64,000 nt of DNA from Candidatus Magasanikiibacteriota bacterium (GCA_041665025.1 JBAYJP010000006.1:5440-69439), one strand, 5' to 3'; positions 18,157-28,608 are shown, counted from the stretch's first letter. Notes: generated by a model not told the origin, from the sequence alone. Numbers and translations: made by a program.

Positions 18157-18489
18157 CTAGGGTTCTTGTAAAGGTTCAAAAAATATTTTTGGCTGCTTTG
18201 TATTTCTATCTACACTCAAAAAAACCACCAATTGAATAGCTATCCATTTATTACCTATATAAACATTAAAAAATTCCTCCTCTCTATGCCCTGTCAATTT
18301 CTGATTGCTTCTTAAATTACCCAAAGGAACCGGTGACATGGGCATGCCACATGTTTTTTCATAATATTCTACCCATGCCATTCTCAAATCTGCTATGGTC
18401 GGAAAACCATTTTCTCTACAAAAATCAACAAACTGTCGACGAGCATCATGATCTCCTCCCCCTCTTCTCTTTTCTTCCTCTGTCGCCAT
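18157..18489 (-). CDS. Hypothetical protein (110 aa)
   Basis: ORF only; no recognisable motif. Confidence 0.3.
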   Translation of the reverse strand: MATEEEKRRGGGDHDARRQFVDFCRENGFPTIADLRMAWVEYYEKTCGMPMSPVPLGNLRSNQKLTGHREEEFFNVYIGNKWIAIQLVVFLSVDRNTKQPKIFFEPLQEP

Positions 18490-18533
18490 ATGTAATATAG
18501 CTAAATATGATTAAATCTAATTTTACTACATAT

Positions 18534-18562
18534 TTGACACCCTCGTCAATTTAGACTATGCT
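18534..18562 (+). promoter_or_regulatory. Sigma70-like promoter: TTGACA, 17-nt spacer, TATGCT, upstream of topA
   Basis: Consensus -35 with a plausible -10, about 20 bp before the topA start. Confidence 0.5.
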
Positions 18563-18583
18563 GTTTACCATTCAATACTACAT

Positions 18584-20866
18584 ATGAAATTAGTCATCGT
18601 CGAATCACCTACCAAAGCAAAAACCATTTCCAAATTCCTTGGTAAGGATTTTGTTGTAGAGTCATCATTTGGCCATGTACGCGATTTGCCCAAAAGCAAA
18701 ATGGGAATTGATATAGAAGGCGGGACGTTTGAACCAAGCTATATGGTAAGTAAAGATAAGACAAAGCACGTGACCAAGCTCAAACAGCTTGCCAAAAAAG
18801 CAGACGCCATCATATTTGCAACTGACGAAGACCGCGAGGGAGAAGCTATTTCCTGGCATCTTGCCTATCTATTTGACATCAAGCCAGAAAAGGCAGAGCG
18901 CATTGCATTTCATGAAATTACTAAATCTGCTATAGAAGATGCCCTGAAGCACCCACGCCATATTGATCAAAAATTAGTCGACGCACAGCAGGCACGTCGC
19001 GTCTTAGATAGGCTTGTCGGATATGAGCTTTCTCCATTTTTATGGAAAAAAGTAGCACGAGGCCTTTCTGCCGGACGCGTGCAATCGGTGGCTGTTCGCA
19101 TTATTGTAGAACGCGAACGAGAAATCCAAGCATTTATACCACAAGAATATTGGTCCTTAGAAGGTATTTTTATCCCCTCATCAAAAAAAGAAAACCAAAT
19201 TCTTGGAAAATTACATACGATTGATGACAAAAAGATTGACCGTCTAGAAATAAAAACAAAAGAGCAGATGGATGAAATTTTAAACGATCTGAAAGATGAG
19301 ACTTACCATATCAAAAATATTGACGAAAAAGAAACAAAGCGCAGTCCTTCTGCGCCATTTACCACATCAACGCTCCAACAACAATCGAACCAAAAACTTG
19401 GCTACTCGGCAAAACAAACCATGGTACTCGCGCAACAATTGTATGAAGGCGTCGAGCTCGGATCACAAGGTTCTATTGGTCTTATCACCTACATGCGTAC
19501 TGATTCAGTAAATTTGTCTGATAATTTTTTAAATAGTGCGTCTGATTATATCAAGAAAAATTTTAGTGAAAAATTTTTAGAAAAAAGAACATTCAAGACA
19601 AAATCAAAAGGCGCGCAAGAAGCGCATGAAGCAATCAGACCAACCGATGTATACAATACCCCAGATGCAGTTGCACCATATCTCAATCCGCAACAATTAA
19701 AATTGTATACGCTTATTTGGAAACGCTCAGTTGCAACACAAATGGCAGATGCACGCTTGCTCAATACAAACATTGATATAAACACGCAAAAGTCTAACAA
19801 TCATGCGTACTCATTTCGTGCGACAGGACAACGTATCACATTTAATGGATGGCTTGCCCTCTATCCTGAGACGATAAAAGAAGAAACTCTCCCTACCCTT
19901 CACATCGATGAAACGCTTGTATGTGAGAAATTGAATCCCGAGCAACACAGTACCGAGCCACCAGCTCGATATTCAGACGCAACACTCGTCAAAACGCTTG
20001 AAGAATATGGCATTGGCCGCCCTTCTACCTATGCGCCTACCATTGCCACAATTGAAGACCGCGGATACGTAGAACGCGACGACAACAAACGCCTTAGGCC
20101 AAAAGATATTGCATTTCTCGTAAATGATTTGTTAGTCCAGCATTTTAGCAACATTGTAGATTACCAATTTACTGCACAAATGGAAGGTAATCTTGATGCT
20201 ATTGCAGAAGGAGAAAAGGATTGGAAACCAATTATTGCGACATTTTATACTCCTTTTCATGAAAATGTTGTTCAAAAAACAGACAACCTCACCAAAGAAG
20301 ACACGGCAAGCATGCGCGAACTTGGTGCTGATCCAGAAAGCGGAAAACCTATCTTTGTTCGCATTGGACGCTATGGGCCATTTGTACAAAAAGGCAAAGC
20401 TGAGGATGAAGAAAAACCTCAATTTGCAAAACTTAAAAAAGAACAGTCAGTTGAAACTATTACGCTTGAGGACGCGCTTATACTCTTCACACTGCCCCGT
20501 ATTTTAGGTACAGACGAGGAGGGACACGACATTATTGCAAACACCGGACGGTTTGGACCGTATGTACAAATTGAAAAAAAATATTTTTCAATAAAAGGTG
20601 AAGACCCCTACACCATCACACTACAGCGCGCTCGAGAGATTATTGCTGAACAAAAAGAAAAGAAAGAAAAAGCTACTATTAAAAAATTTGAAAACTCAAC
20701 CGTAGAAATTCGTGATGGGCGCTATGGACCATACATTACTGATACGGCAACCAAAACTAACACAAAAATTCCAAAAGACAAAGCTCCTGCAGATTTGACG
20801 CTTGAGGAATGCACTAAACTTCTCATAGAACAACCGAGCAAAAAACGCTGGAGAAAAAAGAAATAA
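18584..20866 (+). CDS. topA: DNA topoisomerase I
   Basis: Toprim N-terminus (MKLVIVESPTKAKTI...DEDREGEAISWH), topoisomerase IA core and C-terminal repeats. Confidence 0.9.
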   Translation: MKLVIVESPTKAKTISKFLGKDFVVESSFGHVRDLPKSKMGIDIEGGTFEPSYMVSKDKTKHVTKLKQLAKKADAIIFATDEDREGEAISWHLAYLFDIKPEKAERIAFHEITKSAIEDALKHPRHIDQKLVDAQQARRVLDRLVGYELSPFLWKKVARGLSAGRVQSVAVRIIVEREREIQAFIPQEYWSLEGIFIPSSKKENQILGKLHTIDDKKIDRLEIKTKEQMDEILNDLKDETYHIKNIDEKETKRSPSAPFTTSTLQQQSNQKLGYSAKQTMVLAQQLYEGVELGSQGSIGLITYMRTDSVNLSDNFLNSASDYIKKNFSEKFLEKRTFKTKSKGAQEAHEAIRPTDVYNTPDAVAPYLNPQQLKLYTLIWKRSVATQMADARLLNTNIDINTQKSNNHAYSFRATGQRITFNGWLALYPETIKEETLPTLHIDETLVCEKLNPEQHSTEPPARYSDATLVKTLEEYGIGRPSTYAPTIATIEDRGYVERDDNKRLRPKDIAFLVNDLLVQHFSNIVDYQFTAQMEGNLDAIAEGEKDWKPIIATFYTPFHENVVQKTDNLTKEDTASMRELGADPESGKPIFVRIGRYGPFVQKGKAEDEEKPQFAKLKKEQSVETITLEDALILFTLPRILGTDEEGHDIIANTGRFGPYVQIEKKYFSIKGEDPYTITLQRAREIIAEQKEKKEKATIKKFENSTVEIRDGRYGPYITDTATKTNTKIPKDKAPADLTLEECTKLLIEQPSKKRWRKKK

Positions 20867-20966
20867 AGGATCTTCACAACAAGCTAACGAGGTATTACGA
20901 GCTTAATTGAAGAGCTATTTTCTTGGCAAGCCACGAGGTATTGATCCTATAGTTACTCCTCGGCTC

Positions 20967-20993
20967 GGAAAAGCAAAATCGCTTTTGCTTTCC
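20967..20993 (+). terminator. Stable hairpin GGAAAAGCAAAA-TCGC-TTTTGCTTTCC downstream of topA; a possible terminator or part of an ncRNA
   Basis: 9-bp perfect stem read from sequence. A weaker hairpin with a T-tract lies at 21033-21064. Confidence 0.4.
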
Positions 20994-21451
20994 TCTCGCC
21001 TGCGTCGTAAATAAAACAAATTCCACAACAAAAAAACGCCCATTATTACGATGCGCGTTTTTTATGTAGCAGGAGAGTGTGACCTCAATGCCTATGGTGA
21101 TAGTAAGGTTCTCTACCCGCTACGCAAAATAGTATAGCAGGCTGAACAAAAAAAGACAAGCGTAGAGACACTAATTACACTAATTTTGTCGGATTCTACA
21201 GTGTTCTTAATTATACTCAGCGTAATCCTTAAAAAACAGTATAATCAATGTTAAATAAGCTAAAAAAAGAGAAAACCCCAACCTTACGATTGGGGTTTCC
21301 TTTCGGCGTTTAGGCCTCTACCTTATTATCACCAAAAGTATTATATCATAAATATAGCCTTTTGTCAAGGTTTTGGTCGATATACAGCAAATTAACTTGC
21401 AAAATAAGCCAATAAATGATACAAATATAAAGACGTCAAATTAATTATTAT

Positions 21452-22951
21452 ATGCCTGCTACGCAAAAAAACATCACTATAGAGCAATTACTTGAAAAAA
21501 TTAAGTCTTATGACCCTAAGGCTGATTTAGATTTGGTCAGACTTGCCTACGATTTTGCAGCGCACGCGCATGAAGGACAGACGCGAAAATCAGGAGAACC
21601 TTATATAATCCATCCACTTGCTGCGGCAGACATACTCGTTGACATGCACATAGATCCCATTATTGTTGTGGCCGCCCTTTTGCATGATGTTCCAGAAGAC
21701 ACAAAATATACACTAGACGACATTGAAAAAAATTTTGGCGGTGAAGTGGCGTCTATGGTACGAGGCATTACTAAATTGGGTAAATTAAAATACCGCGGGG
21801 TAGAACGCTACATAGAAAATTTACGTAAAATGTTTATTGCCATGGCCGAGGATGTCCGCGTGATGATTATCAAATTTGCCGACCGGATACACAATCTCAC
21901 TACGCTTGATGCTCTACCTCCCCAAAAACGATATCGAATTGCATTAGAAAGTCTAGAAATTTATGCTCCCATTGCCAACCGCCTTGGCATGGATGAAATC
22001 AAAGGGCAACTCGAAGACCTGTCATTTAAGTATGTATATCCCAAAGAATATGAACGCATAAAAGATGAACGCGATGAAAAACTAAAAGGAAAAGAAGGAT
22101 ATTTTGCCCAACTCATCCTACGCACAAAACAAGAATTAGAAAAAGCAGGTATACATCCGATATCCATACATGGAAGAGATAAACGCCTGTATAGTCTGTA
22201 TCGGAAACTTTTGCGCAAAGAAAATGACATAAATAAAATATACGACATCGTCGCTATACGTATTATCGTAAATAATTTAGCTGAATGTTACGCCACACTG
22301 GGAATTTTACATACATGTTGGAAACCGGTAAAAGGAAGAATAAAAGACTATATTTCACAACCAAAACCAAACGGTTATCAATCATTGCACACTACGGTGT
22401 TTGATCAAAGTGGCGAACTTATAGAATTTCAAATACGGACATTATCCATGCATGAAAATGCTGAATTTGGTATTGCCGCGCATTGGCACTATGATGAGAA
22501 TGGAAGTCATATGCCTGCCAAACAAATAAAATGGATAAAGGAACTGGCAGAAATACAAAAAGAAATCTTGAGCAAACTGTCTGATCTTGAAGAAATAAAG
22601 GTGGATTTCCTTCAATCACGGATATTTGTATTTACTCCAAAAGGCGACGTCATAGATTTGCCGGAAGACGCCACGCCTATTGATTTTGCCTACCACATAC
22701 ACTCGGACGTCGGAAATAAATGCGTGGCTGCTCGTGTAAATGACAAAATGGTAAGTCTAGATACGGGGCTCAACAATGGCGATGTTGTAGAGATAATAAC
22801 TGACAAAAATAGAAAAGGACCAAGCGACGACTGGATTAATATTGCAAAAACTCATACTGCCAAAATACATATACGAACGGCAATGAAAAAAAGCGGAGGT
22901 ATGTCTATTACAAAATTATTCAAATCCGTATTACCGAAAAAACAAGGATGA
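21452..22951 (+). CDS. rel: Bifunctional (p)ppGpp synthetase/hydrolase Rel/SpoT, short form: HD, synthetase and TGS domains, with no ACT/RIS C-terminus
   Basis: HD motif HDVPEDT, synthetase motif GYQSLHTTV, TGS motif VFTPKGDVIDLPEDATPIDFAYHIHSDVG. It is 499 aa. Confidence 0.85.
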   Translation: MPATQKNITIEQLLEKIKSYDPKADLDLVRLAYDFAAHAHEGQTRKSGEPYIIHPLAAADILVDMHIDPIIVVAALLHDVPEDTKYTLDDIEKNFGGEVASMVRGITKLGKLKYRGVERYIENLRKMFIAMAEDVRVMIIKFADRIHNLTTLDALPPQKRYRIALESLEIYAPIANRLGMDEIKGQLEDLSFKYVYPKEYERIKDERDEKLKGKEGYFAQLILRTKQELEKAGIHPISIHGRDKRLYSLYRKLLRKENDINKIYDIVAIRIIVNNLAECYATLGILHTCWKPVKGRIKDYISQPKPNGYQSLHTTVFDQSGELIEFQIRTLSMHENAEFGIAAHWHYDENGSHMPAKQIKWIKELAEIQKEILSKLSDLEEIKVDFLQSRIFVFTPKGDVIDLPEDATPIDFAYHIHSDVGNKCVAARVNDKMVSLDTGLNNGDVVEIITDKNRKGPSDDWINIAKTHTAKIHIRTAMKKSGGMSITKLFKSVLPKKQG

Positions 22952-23012
22952 TTTCCTCCCTAAGTTTACTAAGTACCTACGTTACCTAAGTAAAATCATA
23001 AACGCCATATCA

Positions 23013-23046
23013 TAAAAATCTGTGTTTAATACACAGATTTTTTTAA
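23013..23046. terminator. Bidirectional rho-independent terminator between the convergent rel and parB genes
   Basis: AAAAATCTGTGT TTAAT ACACAGATTTTTTT, a perfect 9-bp stem flanked by an A-tract and a T-tract. It sits at the centre of a symmetric CTAAGT x3 / ACTTAG x3 array. Confidence 0.7.
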
Positions 23047-23067
23047 AATTAGCTTAGTCAACTTAGA

Positions 23068-23931
23068 CTAACTTAGTTCCTGAACTAACCGTTTGAGTTC
23101 TTCGCGAGAATGATATGCAATGACAATAGTCCCCTTTTCTCCTTTTTGGGTAATGCTCACGCGTGTACCAAGGCGTTCCTCAATCATTTCTTCTTGTGCT
23201 CGAATATTTGGATCTCTTCGAACTGATCCTTTACGGGATGTTTCTGGCTTTTGAGATACCAAATGTTCCACATCACGCACACTCATCTGTTGTCCCATCA
23301 TACTTTTGAACACTTCAAGCTGTTCTTCTGAATTTTTGAGTGTAAGCAATGCTTTGGCCTTGCCAGCACTCAGTGTGCCATCTGCCAAAGATTTTTGTAT
23401 TGCGTCTGGCAAATCAAGCAAACGTATGGTATTTGCTACTGCAGGTCTGCTTTTTCCAACACGCTGTGCAACCTGTTCTTGAGTCAGATTGAATTCTTCC
23501 ATAAGCCGGCTATATGCAAACGCCTCTTCTATCGGATTCAAATTCTGTCTTTGAACATTTTCAATAAGGGCTAATTCGAGTTTCTGCTGTTCTGTTGCGC
23601 TACGCACCAACACAGGGACAGTTGCAAGCCCTGCGATTTGTGCTGAACGAAGACGCCGTTCTCCGGCAATAAGCTCATATCCTCCGTCTTCTTTTTCTGT
23701 TGCAATAAGAGGCTGTAAAATTCCATGTTCTTTTATCGAACTCACCAAATCTTCCAGTCCCTGGTGATCAAAATATTGACGCGGCTGATGTGCATTGGGC
23801 GTGATCTCAGAAATTGGCACATGCCAAATTTTATCATCTTGTCGCTGTGCTATACCTGTTTCATGGCGAATAATATGCAAAACTTTTTTTTGCTGGGGAA
23901 TAAGAGAATTGAGTCCTTTGCCTAAAGCCAT
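23068..23931 (-). CDS. parB: Chromosome partitioning protein ParB/Spo0J
   Basis: ParB box GERRLRSAQIAGL plus an HTH region. Confidence 0.9.
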   Translation of the reverse strand: MALGKGLNSLIPQQKKVLHIIRHETGIAQRQDDKIWHVPISEITPNAHQPRQYFDHQGLEDLVSSIKEHGILQPLIATEKEDGGYELIAGERRLRSAQIAGLATVPVLVRSATEQQKLELALIENVQRQNLNPIEEAFAYSRLMEEFNLTQEQVAQRVGKSRPAVANTIRLLDLPDAIQKSLADGTLSAGKAKALLTLKNSEEQLEVFKSMMGQQMSVRDVEHLVSQKPETSRKGSVRRDPNIRAQEEMIEERLGTRVSITQKGEKGTIVIAYHSREELKRLVQELS

Positions 23932-23998
23932 AAAAAAATTTAGAATTTCAAATTTTAAATTTCGAATTGTTTCAAAATTTAGAATTCAAAACTAATAA

Positions 23999-24766
23999 TT
24001 AAATCTGGTGTCTTTCAATAACTTCTCTTGCTAACCGCTCATATGCTTTTGCACCTTTGCCGTTTGGTTCATAATGAACAATAGATTTTCCAAAACTAGG
24101 CGCTTCGGCAAGACGTACGGTGCGCGGAATTACGGAACGAAATATATTATTGGGAAAATATTTATATAATTCATTCATGACCTCGGTCGACAACCGTGTC
24201 CGCTGGTCAAACATGGTCAATACTGCGCCCAACACCTTGAGGTCTGGGTGGATGTGCGTTTTGACAAGCTCAATGGTGTGCAATAACTGTCCCAATCCTT
24301 CAAGCGCGTAATACTCAGCTTGAACTGGAATTAGTAATTCATCCGCAGCAACCAGACTATTTATGGTGAGCAAACCAAGTGATGGTGGACAATCAATAAT
24401 AATATAATCATATCCATGCCTTACTTCGCTCAATAAATCACGCAATTGAAATTCTCGACGCTCGACGTCCACAAGCTCGACAGATGCACCTGCAAGATTT
24501 GAGGTGGCTGGGGCAATGCGCAAGCCTTCGTGACCCGTATTTACAACCACGTCATGCATCCTTTTTTGACGCGCCAATGCTTCATAAATGCCATGCGTAA
24601 GCTGTTCGCGATTAATGCCAAGACCGCTTGTAGCATTTCCCTGTGGATCCATATCCACAAGCAAGACAAACTTGCCCAGTTCAGCAAGAAAAGCGGCAAG
24701 ATTTACCGCCGTTGTAGTTTTCCCTACTCCGCCTTTTTGATTGACAACAGAAACAATTTTTGGCAT
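23999..24766 (-). CDS. parA: Chromosome partitioning ATPase ParA/Soj
   Basis: Deviant Walker A KGGVGKTTTAVNLAA. Confidence 0.9.
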   Translation of the reverse strand: MPKIVSVVNQKGGVGKTTTAVNLAAFLAELGKFVLLVDMDPQGNATSGLGINREQLTHGIYEALARQKRMHDVVVNTGHEGLRIAPATSNLAGASVELVDVERREFQLRDLLSEVRHGYDYIIIDCPPSLGLLTINSLVAADELLIPVQAEYYALEGLGQLLHTIELVKTHIHPDLKVLGAVLTMFDQRTRLSTEVMNELYKYFPNNIFRSVIPRTVRLAEAPSFGKSIVHYEPNGKGAKAYERLAREVIERHQI

Positions 24767-24951
24767 ACGATAATATGTACATACAGTATATCAAATATTG
24801 ACATAGGCTACAATATTTTATATACTTCTTTTCGTCTAAAAAGCTCGGGTGGCGGAATTAGCCTGCCCGCCGTCGCTACGCTCAGGCATTGCAGGCGGGT
24901 AGACGCAACAACATTTTTGATCTCAACAACATATCTTAAAAAGTAAGCAAA

Positions 24952-25035
24952 GCCGAAGTGGTGGAATTGGTAGACGCAACGGACTCAAAATCCGTCGGGG
25001 GCAACCCCATGAGGGTTCAAGTCCCTCCTTCGGTA
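24952..25035 (+). tRNA. tRNA-Leu (anticodon CAA)
   Basis: Acceptor GCCGAAG, D-arm GGTGGAATTGGTAGACGC, anticodon stem ACGGA/TCCGT with loop CTCAAAA, long variable arm, T-arm GAGGG TTCAAGT CCCTC. Confidence 0.8.
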
Positions 25036-25042
25036 CTAATAT

Positions 25043-26017
25043 ATGAACATATTTTTTGACTTGCTTATTGCGATAGGTATGATAATAACTGCTTTTCCAG
25101 CGGTTATTTTATTGTATAGTAGTTTTAAGCGGCCAGAAAGTTGGGAATATACTCATAAAAAAATCACATATATATTTTCGTCTCTACTATTTGCTTGTAC
25201 ACTAACTTTAATCTGGGGAAGTTTTATCGAGCCTCGTATACTTGTGGTCAAGGAATATACACAGGATATACAACAAATTAAAAAACCAGTGAGAATTGCT
25301 TTTGTTTCAGACATCCACATGGGTATATACAAACAAACTGAATGGATGAAAAAAATTATTGAAAAAATTAAAACACTCAATCCAGACATGGTCATCCTTG
25401 GAGGTGATCAAATAGACAATGATATCTACAATCCCGCAGAACTCATTTACTTGGAACCATTGCGCGAACTTGCAAAAGATTACCCTGTCTATACTATACA
25501 TGGCAACCATGAATATGGCATTCGCGGAGGTAAATCTGTAAGTGATCCAAAATATCGCGCAGCAGATATTTCCAAAGAAGCCAGAAAAAGAATGGAAGAT
25601 ATCGGGGTTATTTATCTCGTAAATCAAGTAGAGCTTGTCACCGTCGAGGAACAGACGTTCTATCTATTTGGGGGCGATGAATATTGGAACCACACACTTG
25701 ATTTCTCTACAATACAAAATCGTGAAAAGAAAGATATCCCCGTCATAGGTGTTGTACATAACCCCTCATTTATTACAGAGACATATCCGTATGATGTGCC
25801 ACTATGGCTTTCTGGACATACACACGGTGGACAAATAAGGTTGCCTTTTGTGGGGCCGATAGGTCGTGCTGATTCTGTCTTGTCGACACGATATTACAAA
25901 GGACTGCAAGAACTGCCCAATACCCAACATATTCTTATAAGCTCTGGCGCTGGCGAAACAGGTGCACGAGCACGACTGTTTAATCCGCCAGAAATTGTTT
26001 TCCTTACCATATACTAA
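25043..26017 (+). CDS. Membrane-anchored metallophosphoesterase (calcineurin-like)
   Basis: N-terminal TM helices; motifs FVSDIHMG, GGDQ, GNHEY and GHTHGGQ. Confidence 0.8.
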   Translation: MNIFFDLLIAIGMIITAFPAVILLYSSFKRPESWEYTHKKITYIFSSLLFACTLTLIWGSFIEPRILVVKEYTQDIQQIKKPVRIAFVSDIHMGIYKQTEWMKKIIEKIKTLNPDMVILGGDQIDNDIYNPAELIYLEPLRELAKDYPVYTIHGNHEYGIRGGKSVSDPKYRAADISKEARKRMEDIGVIYLVNQVELVTVEEQTFYLFGGDEYWNHTLDFSTIQNREKKDIPVIGVVHNPSFITETYPYDVPLWLSGHTHGGQIRLPFVGPIGRADSVLSTRYYKGLQELPNTQHILISSGAGETGARARLFNPPEIVFLTIY

Positions 26018-26042
26018 AAAGATCCTATACGTACGGGATCTT

Positions 26043-26534
26043 TTATATTAGTTTTTGACGTAGCAGCTCAGACACTGGCGGTCCATCTTGGACTTTAAAC
26101 TCAACTTCATTCTCCCCCGACAATACATACGCGATTCTCTCCTTTTTGTAAGGCGAAGTATTGCGGGGTAATTCATCATACGAAAACCACTTGCAATCAT
26201 TTACTTCTTCTTTTTGAAGTTTTAATTTTCCCCCGATAACATGGCCTACAAAATTAAACACCATACCATTGTTGTGAGGACGTATATATATTCCCGAAAG
26301 CCGATCTATCTCAATATCATATCCTGTCTCTTCTTTTACTTCTCGAACGGCTGCATCGTAGGGAGTTTCACCAGGCTCAAGCCCTCCACCAGGTGTTTCC
26401 CATAAGTCACGGTCTGCGCGATGAATATACAAAATCTCTTTTTTATCATTTAAAATAGTTACAAATACTCCTATAGCATATTTTGTTTTCTTTTTCTTAT
26501 GCATAATTACCATAGCCATTGAAAAGCCTCCCAA
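26043..26534 (-). CDS. NUDIX hydrolase
   Basis: Nudix box GGGLEPGETPYDAAVREVKEETG. Confidence 0.85.
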   Translation of the reverse strand: MGGFSMAMVIMHKKKKTKYAIGVFVTILNDKKEILYIHRADRDLWETPGGGLEPGETPYDAAVREVKEETGYDIEIDRLSGIYIRPHNNGMVFNFVGHVIGGKLKLQKEEVNDCKWFSYDELPRNTSPYKKERIAYVLSGENEVEFKVQDGPPVSELLRQKLI

Positions 26535-27079
26535 GCAAAAAGCGTAATGAGCGTAACAATAATACCAGCTAATGCAACGCCTGCAAAAATAAGCGGAAAG
26601 GATTTACGAAATGGGATGTTGAAAATAAATGCGATGAGAGACCCTGTCCATGCACCCGTCATAGGCAAAGGAATACCTACAAAAATAACAAGGGCGATGG
26701 CTCCATATTTTGAAAATTTTCCAGAAAATACACGCTCAGCTTTTTCGAGCCTATGTTTAAATAGCTTTCCAATGAGTGGTTGATGAAGTAGCCACGTATG
26801 CAGTTTTGGGATAATGAGGAGTAATACTGCAACAGGCACCATATTCCCCAATACAGTCAAAATGAAAGCCTCCCACACCGGAAGTTTATACACGGTAAGT
26901 GCAATCGGCAATGAAGCACGCAATTCAGTCAAGGGCAACATGGAAAGCAAAAAGGTCGCCCACTCATGCGACACGCCACTAAACCATATAGATGTATCTA
27001 ACATACGTATATTAATTCCACGTATAATTATCAAAAGCCCACTGTGCCAAATCTCGAGCTTCATTAAAACGAGATTCAT
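26507..27079 (-). CDS. Small polytopic membrane protein, possibly of the small multidrug-export family
   Basis: About four TM helices; the family assignment is tentative. Confidence 0.4.
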   Translation of the reverse strand: MNLVLMKLEIWHSGLLIIIRGINIRMLDTSIWFSGVSHEWATFLLSMLPLTELRASLPIALTVYKLPVWEAFILTVLGNMVPVAVLLLIIPKLHTWLLHQPLIGKLFKHRLEKAERVFSGKFSKYGAIALVIFVGIPLPMTGAWTGSLIAFIFNIPFRKSFPLIFAGVALAGIIVTLITLFAWEAFQWLW

Positions 27080-28040
27080 TGCTTTGTGAACCTAATACCA
27101 CCACATCAACCGCATGGCCATTCTCATCAGCCACTTCCATAGTAAAATTATATCCAGACGAAGGTATAAAACCTGTCTTGCCTCCTCTAAAATCAGCAAA
27201 ATTATGAGTGACCCACCCAAGCAAGAGCCAATCAGTATTCCACATCTGATGCTCGTTATCTCGTTCATGCGAGTACAACGTGTATTCTTTTACATGAAGA
27301 GCTGAGGCTATTTCTGATTTTTGCAAAGCTTCATGAACCAACAAAGCAACATCTGACGCGTTTGAAACATTTCCACTATCTAATCCTGTAGGCTCTACAA
27401 ATACAGTCTGGGTTAGACCAATTTCTTGGGCTTTTTCATTCATACGGGCCACAAATTGCTCGCGCGTCCAGCCAGTCGCATCAACCAATGTTAAAACTGC
27501 TTTATTTGATGAACCAACATACGCGGCATTCCAAAGCTGTTCAAGCGTATAGGTATCCCCTGCATACATATGCGTATCAACAACGGCATCATCTACAACC
27601 ACGGTAGATGTTGTCCATTCAACATCATGTTCGAGCAAGACAAGAGCGCTCATCAATTTGGTAATGCTTGCAAGCGGACGGCTCATATATTCATTTTGTG
27701 AAAATAAAACAGTACCGCTCTGAATATCTTTTACCATTGTACAGCAGGCACTAAGTCCAGATGCGTCATAGGGCGACGAAGAAGTATTGAGGACAGGAGT
27801 AGGAATAATGACGCGCGCAAAAGTTACATCCCCGCCAATGTCTGATATATTATCCTGCGAATCAATGTTGCGTACCACGTGCCGGTACAATTCTCCAAAT
27901 GAAATATCTTCGTTTTCGCTTCTGCTATAGAACACAAGAGATCCCGCAGCCACTATAAGAAGTATAAGAGCTATTCCATTTCTTACTCGATTTGAAGCAA
28001 TCGTGACACCCTGTGTGTTTTGTTTTAAAAAATTTATCAT
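27012..28040 (-). CDS. D-alanyl-D-alanine carboxypeptidase (serine peptidase S11, PBP5-like)
   Basis: N-terminal TM helix; SxxK motif (ASITK), SxN motif (SSNK) and KTG motif (GGKTGF). Confidence 0.8.
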   Translation of the reverse strand: MINFLKQNTQGVTIASNRVRNGIALILLIVAAGSLVFYSRSENEDISFGELYRHVVRNIDSQDNISDIGGDVTFARVIIPTPVLNTSSSPYDASGLSACCTMVKDIQSGTVLFSQNEYMSRPLASITKLMSALVLLEHDVEWTTSTVVVDDAVVDTHMYAGDTYTLEQLWNAAYVGSSNKAVLTLVDATGWTREQFVARMNEKAQEIGLTQTVFVEPTGLDSGNVSNASDVALLVHEALQKSEIASALHVKEYTLYSHERDNEHQMWNTDWLLLGWVTHNFADFRGGKTGFIPSSGYNFTMEVADENGHAVDVVVLGSQSNESRFNEARDLAQWAFDNYTWN

Positions 28041-28597
28041 AAGGTTTTTTCATTTTCAGACGATGTATTATCAGACTCCTGTTCTAAATGTGCATGATGA
28101 CGCAATGCGTCATAATCGGGAAGCTCTTTAACCTCCGAAATGCCCAAGAAACGCAATGCATCGATAGATAATTCGTATGTGGAAAGGACACTTTCCTTTT
28201 GTTCTTTTTCCTCCACCAAACCGCGCATGAGCAAATTACGTAAAATAATAGAACAATTAACACCACGAATTTCTTCAAGTTCAGGACGCGTCATCGGACC
28301 ACGATAGGCGACAACCGTAAGTGTTTCCAACTGTGCACGCGTTAATTCCCCTACTATTTCATTCTTGGTAAATTGTTCTACAGATGACGTATATAACGGG
28401 TTAGTAATCATTTGTACTGTCTCACCAGAACGCACAACCCACAAACCACGCTCATTTGAATATATATGTATGAGATCCTGTACCACCTGCTCAACTTCTT
28501 CGTCTGAAACAGATAACGCCTTTGCAATTTTTTGTATAGACAAAGGCTTTGACGCAACAAAGAGAATAGATTCAACAATAGAAACAAAATTATTCAT
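28037..28597 (-). CDS. scpB: Segregation and condensation protein B
   Basis: ScpB winged-helix N-terminus SIVESILFVASKPLSIQKIA. Confidence 0.85.
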   Translation of the reverse strand: MNNFVSIVESILFVASKPLSIQKIAKALSVSDEEVEQVVQDLIHIYSNERGLWVVRSGETVQMITNPLYTSSVEQFTKNEIVGELTRAQLETLTVVAYRGPMTRPELEEIRGVNCSIILRNLLMRGLVEEKEQKESVLSTYELSIDALRFLGISEVKELPDYDALRHHAHLEQESDNTSSENEKTL

Positions 28598-28608
28598 AAA
28601 GAATAAAA

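Noticed and set aside
18157-18489. Considered whether the 110-aa ORF downstream of the 1005-aa gene is a homing-endonuclease or phage fragment
   Set aside because: It has no LAGLIDADG, GIY-YIG or HNH motifs, so it is kept only as a low-confidence hypothetical.
24530-24946. A 138-aa plus-strand ORF running from inside parA (antisense) to the tRNA-Leu upstream region
   Set aside because: It is antisense to parA and ends in the GC-rich tRNA-like remnant, so it is spurious.
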